DNA from: an uncultured delta proteobacterium | GTDB taxonomy: Bacteria; Myxococcota_A; Polyangia; Fen-1088 | Length of the DNA stretch: 64,000 bases | Assembly (NCBI GenBank): GCA_963796685.1 | Contig: CAWCMR010000025.1 | Location: forward strand, 352,001 to 416,000 | Direction of reading: 5' to 3' | In this document: one piece after another, positions 9,697 through 19,838 of the stretch | How the letters are laid out: the number at the start of each line of letters is the position of its first letter | Numbering within the stretch: the stretch's first letter is position 1 | Program-made: the position numbers and the translations under genes | Notes under the pieces: generated by a model | The model's database searches: none | The model's input: only the letters and a program-made list of their open reading frames with translations | What the model was told of the DNA's origin: nothing

Positions 9697-10547
9697 TCTG
9701 GCGGCCCCTTGTCGTCAAAGCCGAATACTCTGAGTGTCGCACCTGCTTTGAAGTAGCCCTTGTCCTTGGCTTCGTTGCGATCAGCCGGTCGCATGTGAAT
9801 GCAGCCGTGGGAAGCGGAGAGGTTGACGGTCAGCCCGTTCAGGGTTGCGATTTCGTCTTCTGGCGTGGTGTGGATAAAGAACCCCGTCTTTGTTCCATCC
9901 CGCTGAAGCGAGAACGCCCACGCTCCAAAGTCGTTTCTCTGCCAAATATCGACCAAAGTTCCAGTGGGATCGTCCTGGTCGACATCGAAGTACGTCCTGG
10001 CCTCCTCGTTCAGCCTGATGGAATCGGTACGATTCGGCTGTTTGCCATTCATTCTCACGAATAACCGACGACATGCTTCTGTCATCGGGGCTGTAGCAGA
10101 GCCAGTGGCGTGCTGCCAACCCGAACCTGGGTTGAACTCAATCTCACCATTTGAAGCGCGTCGAATACTTGCGCCCCACGGAATGCTTGAATTGGGCCAG
10201 TTCCGTGTTGTGTACTGAACGGCCTTGCCAAGGACATAGGTTCGAGGAGGGATGGGTGAATGCGTGTGTTTGTCTTGGCCTATGAAGGTCTCCTTGGGCC
10301 CACCTCGCGTTGGATAGTCCGCTAGGATGCTACCCCCTCGCATGACGTAGATCGTTCCAAAGCCGTAAGTGTGGCGAATCTTGCCCTTGGACCTCCCTTT
10401 TGCATCGAGCTCCTTCTCGCTTTTGTATTCAATGCCACTGTCCGCCGGGTAGAAGAACAGTTTCGTCGCCGCAGTGACGTGAACGATAGCCCCACTGCGC
10501 GCAGGACCAGGAATCGCGTTGCTAGCGAGCCTAAACGTGGGCACCAC
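9693..10547 (-). CDS. L,D-transpeptidase-like (Tlde1-related) candidate T6SS effector
   Basis: FIH...SHGCIH motif (YkuD-type H...SHGC), no signal peptide, directly downstream of vgrG, and more AT-rich than the flanks. Confidence 0.72.
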   Translation of the reverse strand: MVPTFRLASNAIPGPARSGAIVHVTAATKLFFYPADSGIEYKSEKELDAKGRSKGKIRHTYGFGTIYVMRGGSILADYPTRGGPKETFIGQDKHTHSPIPPRTYVLGKAVQYTTRNWPNSSIPWGASIRRASNGEIEFNPGSGWQHATGSATAPMTEACRRLFVRMNGKQPNRTDSIRLNEEARTYFDVDQDDPTGTLVDIWQRNDFGAWAFSLQRDGTKTGFFIHTTPEDEIATLNGLTVNLSASHGCIHMRPADRNEAKDKGYFKAGATLRVFGFDDKGPPE

Positions 10548-10562
10548 GCACCTCTTGGCACA

Positions 10563-13340
10563 TCACGAATTCTCCTCGTCGTTGGCGAATGGCTCGCTAC
10601 CGGCCGGGCGATTTGGCCGAACGGCTTCGGGCTCCCCGATGGCCGAATCAGCCTCATTCGAATCTTCATCTTCCTGGTCGGCCCCAGCCAGCGATGCGAG
10701 CCGGCCGTAGGGCACATTCTGGAAGATCATCTCGACCGCTCCGCTGGCTTCCGTAACCCGAAGTGAGTAGGACAGATCCTTCCAAAGATCGTCAAAGAGC
10801 AGATCAACCGTCTCGTTATCTGGTTCCATGTCGTCACGGACGGTCAGCGTGATGGAGATGGAGCAATCCGACGACGTCAGGATGAACTTCGCGTCCATTT
10901 GCTCCGCATGTTTGGGAAGCATGTCGATGCGCACCCACAGCGGTCCCTTCTCTCGTGAGACGCCCCTTTTCGTCGCCATTTCCTGCGATGGCTGGCTATC
11001 GCTAGTATCATCCGCGCCTGAAGCAGCCCTGTGCTTGCGCGCGGTCGGAGATTTGGGTGGCGACTTGGCCTCGTCGACATTCGCCTTCTGCGGCCCCGAG
11101 GACTTGCGCCTTTTTCCCTTCACCCCTTCCGCCTCCTGCAGCTTCAGCGTGCTCTTGCCTTTGATGGTGCACACGCCGTCGGCTTCGATGGTCACGGTCT
11201 TGCTTTTCATGGCGACGGTCTCTTCGCCCATGGCCACCACGCTGCCGGCGCCGGCGGCGGCGGTCACGGCGGGGCTGGCGATGGCGACGCCTCCAGGCAG
11301 GATGGCCAGCGAGCTGGCGCCGCACACGAACTTGATCCCCGTCGGCGAGTCGAACGTCGCCTTGCCCGTCTTGTCCAGGCAAACCGTGGCGCCCCCGGTT
11401 TGCAGCGTGATCGTGCCAGCCGAGTCCACGGTCATGTTGGTGCCCTTGAAGGTCATGCTGGTCGCGCCCTGGTTGAGCTGGAATTTCTTGTCGGTGGTCA
11501 GCTTGTGGGCCAGCCGCACGTGCTCGTCCTTGTTCTTCTCGGCGAAGAGCTCTTGATTGCCGTCCACCTTGCGACTGTGGTCGCCGCCGTAGAGCTGCGT
11601 GACCGGGCCGGTCACCGTCTTGTCGTGCGTGCCGCCGATGACCACGCTGTCGTTCGTGTCGACGGTGAGCTGGCGCTCGTTTTTCACCAGATTGGTTTCG
11701 TCGTTGCCTACGACGATGCCGCGGTTCACGCCGACGTGCAGGGTCTGGTCGTGCTTGACCAGCGTCGACATGTCCTTCTCGGCCTGCAAGTGCAGCTCTT
11801 CCTGACCTTTCCTATCTTCGAAGCGCAGCTCGTTGAAGTTGCTCGCCGTGCCGCCCTTGCTGCTGCGGCTCTTGATGCCGCTCTGGGTTTGATTGGCCGG
11901 CAGATCGTACGGCGGCAGGTTGTCTTTGTTGAACAGGCTGCCCGTGATAATGGGCCGGTCCGGATCGCCGTCGAGAAACGCCACGATCACTTCCTGGCCG
12001 ACGCGCGGCAGGTATTGCGCGCCGAACCTTCCCCCCGACCACGCCTGCGCCACGCGTATCCAGCACGACGACTTCTCGTCGCGCTCGCCCAGCCGATCCC
12101 AGTCGAACTGCACCATCACGCGTCCGTGCTTGTCGGTCCAAATCTCCTCGTTCGCGGGGCCCACCACCAACGCTGTCTGTCGGCCCGGCATGTGCGGCTT
12201 GCGCGTGACCCGGGCCGGGCGAAACTGCGTGTGGCTGTCGAGCAACTGGTAGGTCGCCTTGAACGGCTCGTCGCTGAAGGTCACGTCGCCGGTCTCGTAT
12301 TGATCCACGCTCAGGCGGTAGCTCGCGCCGACCACCAGGTACTGCTTGCCGAAATCCTCTTCGCTCCAGAACGGCTCGCCGTCGGCCCCCTCCGGTCCCG
12401 GGCGCAGAGAGACAAGGTTGCCAAGCCCCAGTCCCATGGTGTTGCCTTCCACCTCGACGACGGTGCTCTCCACCCGCCCCACCTGCGAGCGCACCGTCGC
12501 ATCCTGCTGTGCCTCTTCGGAGTCGTAGAGCCCGCCCGGATAGTCGTAGTGCTCGAACGGGGAGCCCGTCACCAGAGCCTCCGACGTGCCCCGCCCGAAT
12601 TGAAGCTGTCTCGGCCGCAGCGCCGTCGGGTCGTAGCCACTCAGCACCGTGTGGCGGCCGGGATAGAGCGCCCGGCGCACCTTCATGCCCCAGAAGTGCT
12701 CTTCCGAGCCGGCGACCCGCCGCTCTTGCGCGGTGTACAGAATCGATTCGTAGCCGTCGACGGCCTCGTGCCCGGTGATGGCATCGGCCAGCACCAAGGT
12801 GTGCTTGCTCTCCTCGTGCTTGAAGAAATAGTAGATCCCTTCTTCTTCCAGCAAGCGCTGCACGAAATTCAGATCGCTCTCGCGGTACTGCACGCAGAAT
12901 TCGCGCGCGCGGTAGACATGGTCCTGGATCGACCCCGATTCGACGTCGCCGAGCCCGCGCTTGGCCAGCACCGATTTCACGATGGTCAGCGCGTCCTGCG
13001 CGGGATCGTTGAAGACGCGGCAGTCGAAGGTGTGGTCGAACAGGCTCAGCACCGGCCGCAGCTCGGCCGCGTAGCGCGTGTGCAGTTGCGTGGCCCCGCC
13101 TTTGTGGAACCCGGTTACGATACCGTGAAAGAAGCGCTCCTTGCCGGTGTTCAAGTGGATGCCGACGGCAAGCGGCTGGCCGAGCACGTCGTCGGGATCG
13201 AGGTTCGGCTCCTTCGAGAGCAGGCCGAGCTCGAACCGGTACGGCCACCCCAGCGCCTCGTGCCCGCGCAGGGTCTCGAGGAGCAAGACGCCCCTCGGGA
13301 AAGGCCCCGTCACCGAGGTATCACGTCCGAGAAGCGCCAT
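10563..13340 (-). CDS. vgrG: Type VI secretion tip protein VgrG with C-terminal extension
   Basis: REFCVQYRESDLNFVQRLLEEEGIYYFF, IWTDKHGRV, WIRVAQAW, PRVGQEVIVAFLDGDPDRP, FNELRFED and gp5-like repeats. Confidence 0.97.
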   Translation of the reverse strand: MALLGRDTSVTGPFPRGVLLLETLRGHEALGWPYRFELGLLSKEPNLDPDDVLGQPLAVGIHLNTGKERFFHGIVTGFHKGGATQLHTRYAAELRPVLSLFDHTFDCRVFNDPAQDALTIVKSVLAKRGLGDVESGSIQDHVYRAREFCVQYRESDLNFVQRLLEEEGIYYFFKHEESKHTLVLADAITGHEAVDGYESILYTAQERRVAGSEEHFWGMKVRRALYPGRHTVLSGYDPTALRPRQLQFGRGTSEALVTGSPFEHYDYPGGLYDSEEAQQDATVRSQVGRVESTVVEVEGNTMGLGLGNLVSLRPGPEGADGEPFWSEEDFGKQYLVVGASYRLSVDQYETGDVTFSDEPFKATYQLLDSHTQFRPARVTRKPHMPGRQTALVVGPANEEIWTDKHGRVMVQFDWDRLGERDEKSSCWIRVAQAWSGGRFGAQYLPRVGQEVIVAFLDGDPDRPIITGSLFNKDNLPPYDLPANQTQSGIKSRSSKGGTASNFNELRFEDRKGQEELHLQAEKDMSTLVKHDQTLHVGVNRGIVVGNDETNLVKNERQLTVDTNDSVVIGGTHDKTVTGPVTQLYGGDHSRKVDGNQELFAEKNKDEHVRLAHKLTTDKKFQLNQGATSMTFKGTNMTVDSAGTITLQTGGATVCLDKTGKATFDSPTGIKFVCGASSLAILPGGVAIASPAVTAAAGAGSVVAMGEETVAMKSKTVTIEADGVCTIKGKSTLKLQEAEGVKGKRRKSSGPQKANVDEAKSPPKSPTARKHRAASGADDTSDSQPSQEMATKRGVSREKGPLWVRIDMLPKHAEQMDAKFILTSSDCSISITLTVRDDMEPDNETVDLLFDDLWKDLSYSLRVTEASGAVEMIFQNVPYGRLASLAGADQEDEDSNEADSAIGEPEAVRPNRPAGSEPFANDEENS

Positions 13341-13554
13341 GGCTGGATGGTTACTCTAGTCTCTAGCCTCGCGGCGTCAAGAACGATGGCCAGGGCGCTC
13401 GGCCGGTGCGGGAGATTTCGATGGCAGGGCCGGTCTTGGAACGGATTCGAACCAGAGCTCCGGTTCGATGGACAAAAGGGCCATATCGCGCTAGGTGAGG
13501 CGAAAAGAAATGGCGGTGGCAGGTTCGTGGGCCACCAGGGAGTGTGCAAGCAAA

Positions 13555-14883
13555 GTGAGAATCCAACTCATTTACCCTGATCCGAACCCTGGGGTTGCGC
13601 TGAGCGGACGAAAGATCGAAAGCGCCGCGCTCCAACTCCTGGGGGCGATAACTCCGCCTGAGCATGAGGTCTCCATCGTGCAGGAACATCTGGGGGATCC
13701 GGTACGCTTCCACGACAGCGACGTGGATTTGGTCGGCATCACCGCCATGACCATCCAGGCCCGGCGCGCCTACGAGCTTGCCGACGGATTTCGCAGCGCG
13801 GGCAAGAAGGTCGTCCTTGGCGGCATTCATCCCTCCGTTCAACCGGACGAGGCGCTACAGCACGCAGACGCTGTCGTCGTAGGCGAGGCGGAGCCCGTGT
13901 GGTCGCAGGTTCTCGCCGACGCGGAGGCCGGGCGTCTGCATGGCGCGTACCGCGGGCAGACCTACGCGGATCTCACCCACCTTCCGCCCTACCGGCGCGA
14001 CCTCCTTCCCAAGCCGTCGTCCTTCTCGCTCCGCTCCGTGCAGGCAGCACGAGGCTGTCCCTACGATTGCTCGTTCTGCTCGGCCACGCTTTTCACGGGC
14101 CGCAAGTATCGCTTCCGTCCCGTGGAAGATGTCATCGCAGAGATCAGAGGGCTGAAGGCGCGCGCCGTTTTCTTCGTCGACGACAACATCTTTTCCAACG
14201 ATGCGTACTGCCGCGCGCTTTTCTCCGAGCTCAGGAAGCTGAATGTCATTTGGGTCGGACAGGCGTCGTTGCATCTCACCGCGAGCAATCCCGGCCTGCT
14301 CGATCTCGCCGCCAAGAGCGGCTGCGTTTCTCTCTTCGTCGGCATCGAATCGCTTTCCGAGTGCAACCTGCGGACCACCGGTGCGCTGGCGAAGAACCAA
14401 GCGTCGACGCCCGCAGAGATGGGCAGGAGCATTCGCGTCTTGCACGATCACGGTATTTTGGTCATGGCCGGCGTGATCTTCGGTTTCGATGACGACGATC
14501 CCGAGGTATTCGATCGCACGCGGGAGTTCCTCTTCCAGAACCGGGTGGGCCTTGGATCCTTTTCGGCCCTGACACCCTTTCCAGGGACCAGGCTATTCGC
14601 GGAACTGCAGGCCCAGTCGCGCATCACGACCTACGATTGGTCGAAGTACGACGGCACGACCGCCGTGTTTCTTCCCAAACGAATGACCCCCGAGCAATTG
14701 CAGGAAGGCACGCGCCGCATCGGCGTGAACTTCTACAGCACTCCCAGGATTCTGCGCCGCTTTTGGACGAACCGACATCATCCCTTCATCTACCTGGCCA
14801 CCAGCTTCGCCTGGAGGCACACGTGCAGGATGGAGAACAAGGTGCCGTTCTTCGCCCGCAGCGGTTCGTGGAAGAAACGTTAA
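13555..14883 (+). CDS. Cobalamin-binding radical SAM protein
   Basis: B12-binding-like VVLGGIHPS/GEAE, the CxxxCxxC motif RGCPYDCSFC, and TPFPGT. GTG start at 13555 is inferred. Confidence 0.9.
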   Translation: MRIQLIYPDPNPGVALSGRKIESAALQLLGAITPPEHEVSIVQEHLGDPVRFHDSDVDLVGITAMTIQARRAYELADGFRSAGKKVVLGGIHPSVQPDEALQHADAVVVGEAEPVWSQVLADAEAGRLHGAYRGQTYADLTHLPPYRRDLLPKPSSFSLRSVQAARGCPYDCSFCSATLFTGRKYRFRPVEDVIAEIRGLKARAVFFVDDNIFSNDAYCRALFSELRKLNVIWVGQASLHLTASNPGLLDLAAKSGCVSLFVGIESLSECNLRTTGALAKNQASTPAEMGRSIRVLHDHGILVMAGVIFGFDDDDPEVFDRTREFLFQNRVGLGSFSALTPFPGTRLFAELQAQSRITTYDWSKYDGTTAVFLPKRMTPEQLQEGTRRIGVNFYSTPRILRRFWTNRHHPFIYLATSFAWRHTCRMENKVPFFARSGSWKKR

Positions 14884-14907
14884 GCCACCTGCGTCCCGCA
14901 AAATCGA

Positions 14908-16579
14908 CTATTTGCCAAGCTCGCGGCAGTCGCGCTCGGCGCGCTGGCGCTTGTCGGCAGGGGCATCGGGCAGGCGCTTGTAGGCCTCGGCCAGGCTGCA
15001 GTGCACGCTCGGGATCGTAGGGATTGATGGCCAGGGAAAGCAAGAGCGGCGCGACCGCAGCCTTGGCATCGCCCTTGGCCAGGTCGGCCTGGCCGGCAAT
15101 CAAGTGTGGCCAAGGCAATTCCGGATAGGTCGCCTCCGCGCCGCTCACGACCTTGAGGGCGCGGTCGGCCTCGCCCAGGGCCAGGTAGGTACGCCCCAGC
15201 TTCACGGGGAAGATCCAGTGCGAGCTGCCGGCAAGCTTGTATCCCTTTTCGTACTCCGCGCTGGCCGCGAGCGCCCGGTTGCGCAGGAGCAGCATGTTGC
15301 CCAGGCGCAAGAAGCGCTCGGCTTCGCCCGCGGTCGACGAGGCGTCGTCCTCGCTGAGCACGCTGGCGGTGGAGACGCCCTTCTTCTTGTACTTGGGGAC
15401 GATGGGATCGAGACCGGGCAGGATCTTGTAGTGTAGGCCCACCATGAATTGCCGCCAGGCGCGCTCGAAGTCGGACCAGGTGCCGCTGCCACCGTAGGCC
15501 CGCGCCACCGCCAAGCGCGCATCGCCCCCGTCGCGCACGGTGGCCAACACCTCGCGCAGGGCCGCGCTGCCTCCCTTGGCGAAGAGACAGGCAATGGCCG
15601 TGGTGACCTCGGCGAAGGCCAGGGTAGCGTCTTCCGCGCGCGGCAGCTTGGCCATGGACGGGTGCATGGCATCGAAGGGGATGAGCTTGCCGCTCGATAG
15701 GGCCTTGGCCAGGAAGTGTTGCATGGAAGGATTGAGCGAAAGCCCCGCGGGCATGCGCCAGCGGTGCTCGAGAAACTTGGCGTAGCCTTCCTGCAACCAC
15801 ACCGGCGCGCGGTCGTGGGTCAGGGCCGCGACGACGTAGTGGATGAATTCGTGCGACAGGCTGTCCCGCCACTCGTAACCGAGCCGCATGGCGCGCGGGC
15901 TGGTGAGCATGATGCGGCTCCACTTGGACACCGCGACCGTGCCCGTGCGCTCGATCTCGTCGTCGGTCAGCGTGGTCATGGTGGCCAGATCCGCGCCGTT
16001 GCGAAGGATGTCGACCGGGATGGGCCGCGACGGCTGGTAGCCAAGATCGCCGGCCAGGGCGGTGGCCGCGGCTTCGAGGGTTTCGAGGCCATAGTCGGCG
16101 AGCACGCTGTCCTCGGCAGGAAAGCGGAACACGAAGTGCGCCGACCTGCGTTCGAGGTAGCCGTGGACGACCTTGGCCGAGCCCTCGGCCAGGGCCATCA
16201 TCTCCTTGAGCGGCGCCGGTGCCGCGTTGTCGCCGAGTGCGGCCTTGTATTCGGCCACGGCGGCTCGAAAATCGCCGGCCATGAATCGTTCATAGCCTTG
16301 GGCCAGCAGCGTGCCGGGCTCACCGGGGTGTGTCTTGACCAGCGTGGCCAGGGCGCTGTCGGCCTCGTCGAAGCGCCACTCCGAATACAAGTGCTCGACG
16401 CTCGCCGATTCGCTGCCCGCGAGTGCTGGGGTGGCGAGCAGAAAGAATTTCACCACAGAGAGCGCAGAGAGCGCAGAGAGCACCGAATCAGAAATGGTTC
16501 GGATCCAGAATCCGACAGCCCCCTCTGCTCCGGCCTCTGTGCTCTCTGCGTCTCTGTGGTGAACCCTTCCACCCGTCAT
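14908..16579 (-). CDS. Exported zinc peptidase (MA clan, HExxH) with TPRs; apparent +1 frameshift near 15011
   Basis: SHEFIH and PVWLQEG motifs plus TPRs. The C-terminus continues in the 14908..15099 frame (YDP-SVHCSLAEAY). ATG 16579 overlaps the upstream stop. Confidence 0.75.
16449..16563. repeat. Palindromic (REP/MITE-like) element, copy 2, inside the 5' end of the peptidase gene
   Basis: Perfect terminal IR TTCACCACAGAGA...TCTCTGTGGTGAA, 9-bp GCGCAGAGA subrepeats and a central hairpin TCGGAT-CCAGA-ATCCGA. Confidence 0.8.
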
Positions 16580-19560
16580 CGCACCAGCTCCTCGTAGTAG
16601 TGGCGGACCTCGTCGCGGAATTTCTCGGGCGCCTTTTCGCGCATGGCCTCCATCAGCTCCTGGCGCCATTCGCGCGGGGCCTTGCTGGCGTCGGCCTCGG
16701 GGATGCGCACGGGCTCGCGGCTGGGACGTGAGCCTTCGCTCGGGTTGCGTCCGAGGCTTTGGCGCAACTTCGCCAGGCGCTGGGCGACCTCGTCGGCGCG
16801 GCCCGCGCCTTCGTGGGCTGCGCCCTGCTGCAGGTCCTCGCTGGCCTGGCGCATCTGACCGGCGATCTCCTCGAGCTCTGCCGCCGTTCCCTCGGCGCCC
16901 GGCACGGATTCCGTCTTGCCGCCAAGATCGTGCGAGAGGCCACGCGTCTTGTCCTCGATGCTGCTCTGGCGCTGGCCCAGGCTGTGCGTGCGCGCGCGCT
17001 GCTCGGCCGACATGACATCGCTACCGCGCGGAACCAGGCGGGACAGGTCGGCGGAAAGCTCGCGCGCCAATCCGGCGGCTTCCTCCACCTGGCCGTCGAA
17101 GGCGAGGAGTCCCTGCGACGGCGGCCGGCCCTGCGCGACCTGACGGCCGGTCAGATGTTGCAAGTGCCCGAGCTCGGTTTCCATGCGCTCGGCCTCGCTC
17201 TCGGCCTCGCTCCACTCCTTGGCCGGGAGCAGCCGGCGCAGCTGGCGTACATTCTCTCGCGCCGCCCCGACGACCGATTCGGCCGAGCTGCCGAGCTCGC
17301 GTGGAAGCCCGCCCGCTATCTTGCGCTGGATCTGCTCGAGCTTCTGTTTGGCCTTGGCCAAGAGCTCGGCCTGTTGCGCCTCCATACGCCGGGCCAGCTC
17401 GGCGTCTACCTCCTTGGCCAGCGAGCGCCCGTCGTCGGCCAGCGAGCGCTGGTCGCCTTCGAGGTCGCCAAGCTTGCGCGCGAGCTCGGCCACGGCGCGG
17501 GTTTCCTGCGGGAAGCGGGCGTTGCCGAAATCCCCGGCGTTCTTGTCCAACATATCGCGCAGCGAGGACAGGGAATCGCCCAGCTCGGACAGAGCGTCTT
17601 CGAGCGATTTCACGTCCCCCTTGGCCAAGAGGGAATCGAGCCGCGCGGCCTGCTCCATCGCCTTGCGTGTATCCGGCACGTTCATGAAGTCCGGGCTGAC
17701 CTCGTTGCGCGCCTTGACCTCGGCGATCTTGTGCGCCAGCTCGCCGATGCGCGCCCGCAGCTCGCGCACCTCACGTTCGATCTGGCGGCGTAGCTGCTCG
17801 TCGCCGGTGGCCTTGTAGCGTTCGAGCAGATCCTGCAGGCGTTTGTGCGCGTCCACCAGCTCCTTGCCAATGCCGGCCAGATCGTCGAGCTGCTGGCGAC
17901 CGATGAGATCGTCGAGCGCAAGCACGGCCGTTTCCAGCTCGGCAACGTGCCGAGGCGCGGCCACGTGGGTGCGCGCCCACAAAGCGGCGACGCCACCCGC
18001 GCGCTCGCCCTTGCCCGCAAACAAGGCCAGCACCTCTTCCTCGTCGTGCATCAGCTTTCCCAACCGCGCCGTCGCCGTGAGAAGCGGGCCGCCGAGGAGC
18101 TTGTTCGCGCCGCTCGCCGTGCGCCGCTGCGCGACGAGGCGCCCGAGCCCGACCAAGCTCGCCGTCTCGCCGTCGTGGACCTCGCGCAGCCGCGCGGACC
18201 GATCGGGTTCGTTGCCGGACGTGTCTTCCAGCTCGATGCGATCGGCGAGCGTCGCGATGAGCTTTTCCAAGACCTCGCGCTCGCGCAAGAGGTGCTCTTC
18301 CTGATCCTCACGCGGGTTCTGGATGACGAGGTAGAGCGTGCGCGACACGCCGACCTTGCTGCCCGACACCTCGTCCCGATCCTTGGCTTCGATGTGGTAC
18401 GCGACGCGCGCACCGGGGGTCAGCATGGCGCTGGCCGGTTCGAAGGTCGTGGTGGCCCGCACGTCGCGCATGCCTTGCGCGTTCTTGAGCAACTGACGCT
18501 GCTCGGGTCCGTCGTTCACGCGGTACACGAGCGCGATCTCGGCCAGACCGAAGTCGTCGCGCGCGTGGTAGCCGACCTCGACCGGCCTGGGGGTGGCCAG
18601 CTCCAGTCGGTCCGCGGCGGCGACGACGTCGACTTCGGGCGGCTGATCGCTCTCGACCACGATGCGATGGGCGCGCTCCTCGCGCAGCGGCCGACCTAGA
18701 AAGGGCAGCAGCCAAACCCGGTAGGCGCCGTTCTCCTCGAGCGCGAGCGTGGCCGTGAGCTTGCCATGGTCGAGATTGGCCGAAAGAGCACCCTTCTCTC
18801 CGCTGTCGCCCAGCAGAAGCCGCGCCTGGCGGGCCGAGCGCAGCGGACGCATCTCGATCTGGACGCGCGTGCCGCGCAAGGCGTGCAGGTCGCCCGTCGA
18901 GCCTTCGATGATCTGGCGCGACAGACCGGTGTAGGCCGGATAGTCGTAGGTGACGCGAACGTCGCCCACCAGCGGCTCGCGGATCGCCAGCGCGCCCTCG
19001 AACAGCGTGGGTGTGTGAAAAAGGGTGCGCATGCCACGCCCCACGGCGGACGGAAAAACCAGCAGTGCAACCAACAGGGCAAACGACGAAGCGGCCCCGA
19101 CGAACACCGCGCGGACCGCGCGATCGAGCGGGATGAGATCCGCGGAGGCGATGGGCTGCGTGGCATCGGCCACCGTGGCGAAAAAGGCATCGGTCATCTC
19201 CGCCGAGATACCCGTGTCGCCAGTCGGCGCGGATTGCAGCTCCACCGCGGAAAGCAGGTCGCTGGCCAGAAGCGGTCGCTTCTTACCCACCAGGCGCGCG
19301 ACCTCGGAAGGTTGCTCGAGCGCGCGCGCGGGCCACACCCACCCGAGCGCGATGGCGCCGGCCACGCAAGCCGCGATGGTGCCGAAAGCCACATACGGCC
19401 ACGAAACCGCCGGGCCAGTCATGGCCGCCACGAGGGCAAGCAGGAGAAAGGCCAACACCAAGAGCGCGAAGGCGTGGCCGCCAGCCCGGATGCCGGTCTC
19501 CAGCAGCGCCCGGCTGCGTGCTTGACGCAGAAAGGAGTGGATGCGCTCTCGGTCGGTCAT
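16576..19560 (-). CDS. DUF4175-like membrane-anchored coiled-coil protein
   Basis: N-terminal TMs, Ig-like segment (YDYPAYTG, ARDDFGL), long coiled coil and the C-terminal VRHYYEELVR typical of DUF4175. Confidence 0.78.
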   Translation of the reverse strand: MTDRERIHSFLRQARSRALLETGIRAGGHAFALLVLAFLLLALVAAMTGPAVSWPYVAFGTIAACVAGAIALGWVWPARALEQPSEVARLVGKKRPLLASDLLSAVELQSAPTGDTGISAEMTDAFFATVADATQPIASADLIPLDRAVRAVFVGAASSFALLVALLVFPSAVGRGMRTLFHTPTLFEGALAIREPLVGDVRVTYDYPAYTGLSRQIIEGSTGDLHALRGTRVQIEMRPLRSARQARLLLGDSGEKGALSANLDHGKLTATLALEENGAYRVWLLPFLGRPLREERAHRIVVESDQPPEVDVVAAADRLELATPRPVEVGYHARDDFGLAEIALVYRVNDGPEQRQLLKNAQGMRDVRATTTFEPASAMLTPGARVAYHIEAKDRDEVSGSKVGVSRTLYLVIQNPREDQEEHLLREREVLEKLIATLADRIELEDTSGNEPDRSARLREVHDGETASLVGLGRLVAQRRTASGANKLLGGPLLTATARLGKLMHDEEEVLALFAGKGERAGGVAALWARTHVAAPRHVAELETAVLALDDLIGRQQLDDLAGIGKELVDAHKRLQDLLERYKATGDEQLRRQIEREVRELRARIGELAHKIAEVKARNEVSPDFMNVPDTRKAMEQAARLDSLLAKGDVKSLEDALSELGDSLSSLRDMLDKNAGDFGNARFPQETRAVAELARKLGDLEGDQRSLADDGRSLAKEVDAELARRMEAQQAELLAKAKQKLEQIQRKIAGGLPRELGSSAESVVGAARENVRQLRRLLPAKEWSEAESEAERMETELGHLQHLTGRQVAQGRPPSQGLLAFDGQVEEAAGLARELSADLSRLVPRGSDVMSAEQRARTHSLGQRQSSIEDKTRGLSHDLGGKTESVPGAEGTAAELEEIAGQMRQASEDLQQGAAHEGAGRADEVAQRLAKLRQSLGRNPSEGSRPSREPVRIPEADASKAPREWRQELMEAMREKAPEKFRDEVRHYYEELVR

Positions 19561-19838
19561 CGGCTCACGGAGTATAGCCTTACGAAGCGCGTGCGCGGAG
19601 GACACATCAGCGGTTCGAGGAGGCGATTATCCCACCTGCTCAAATGAACAGTTAAAAAGCGGTCCCGACCTTGCACAAGGATGTTTCCGTCATGCAAACA
19701 ACTGGAGAAATCGGGACCTTCCAGCGCCAGCGCGCAGAAGCGCCACACCAGGCGGTGGCATTTACGCTCACGGATTCCGAGACCCCAGAACGTCCCGCAT
19801 CACGACAGCCACGTCGCGTTACGACGACCCAAGGATGC

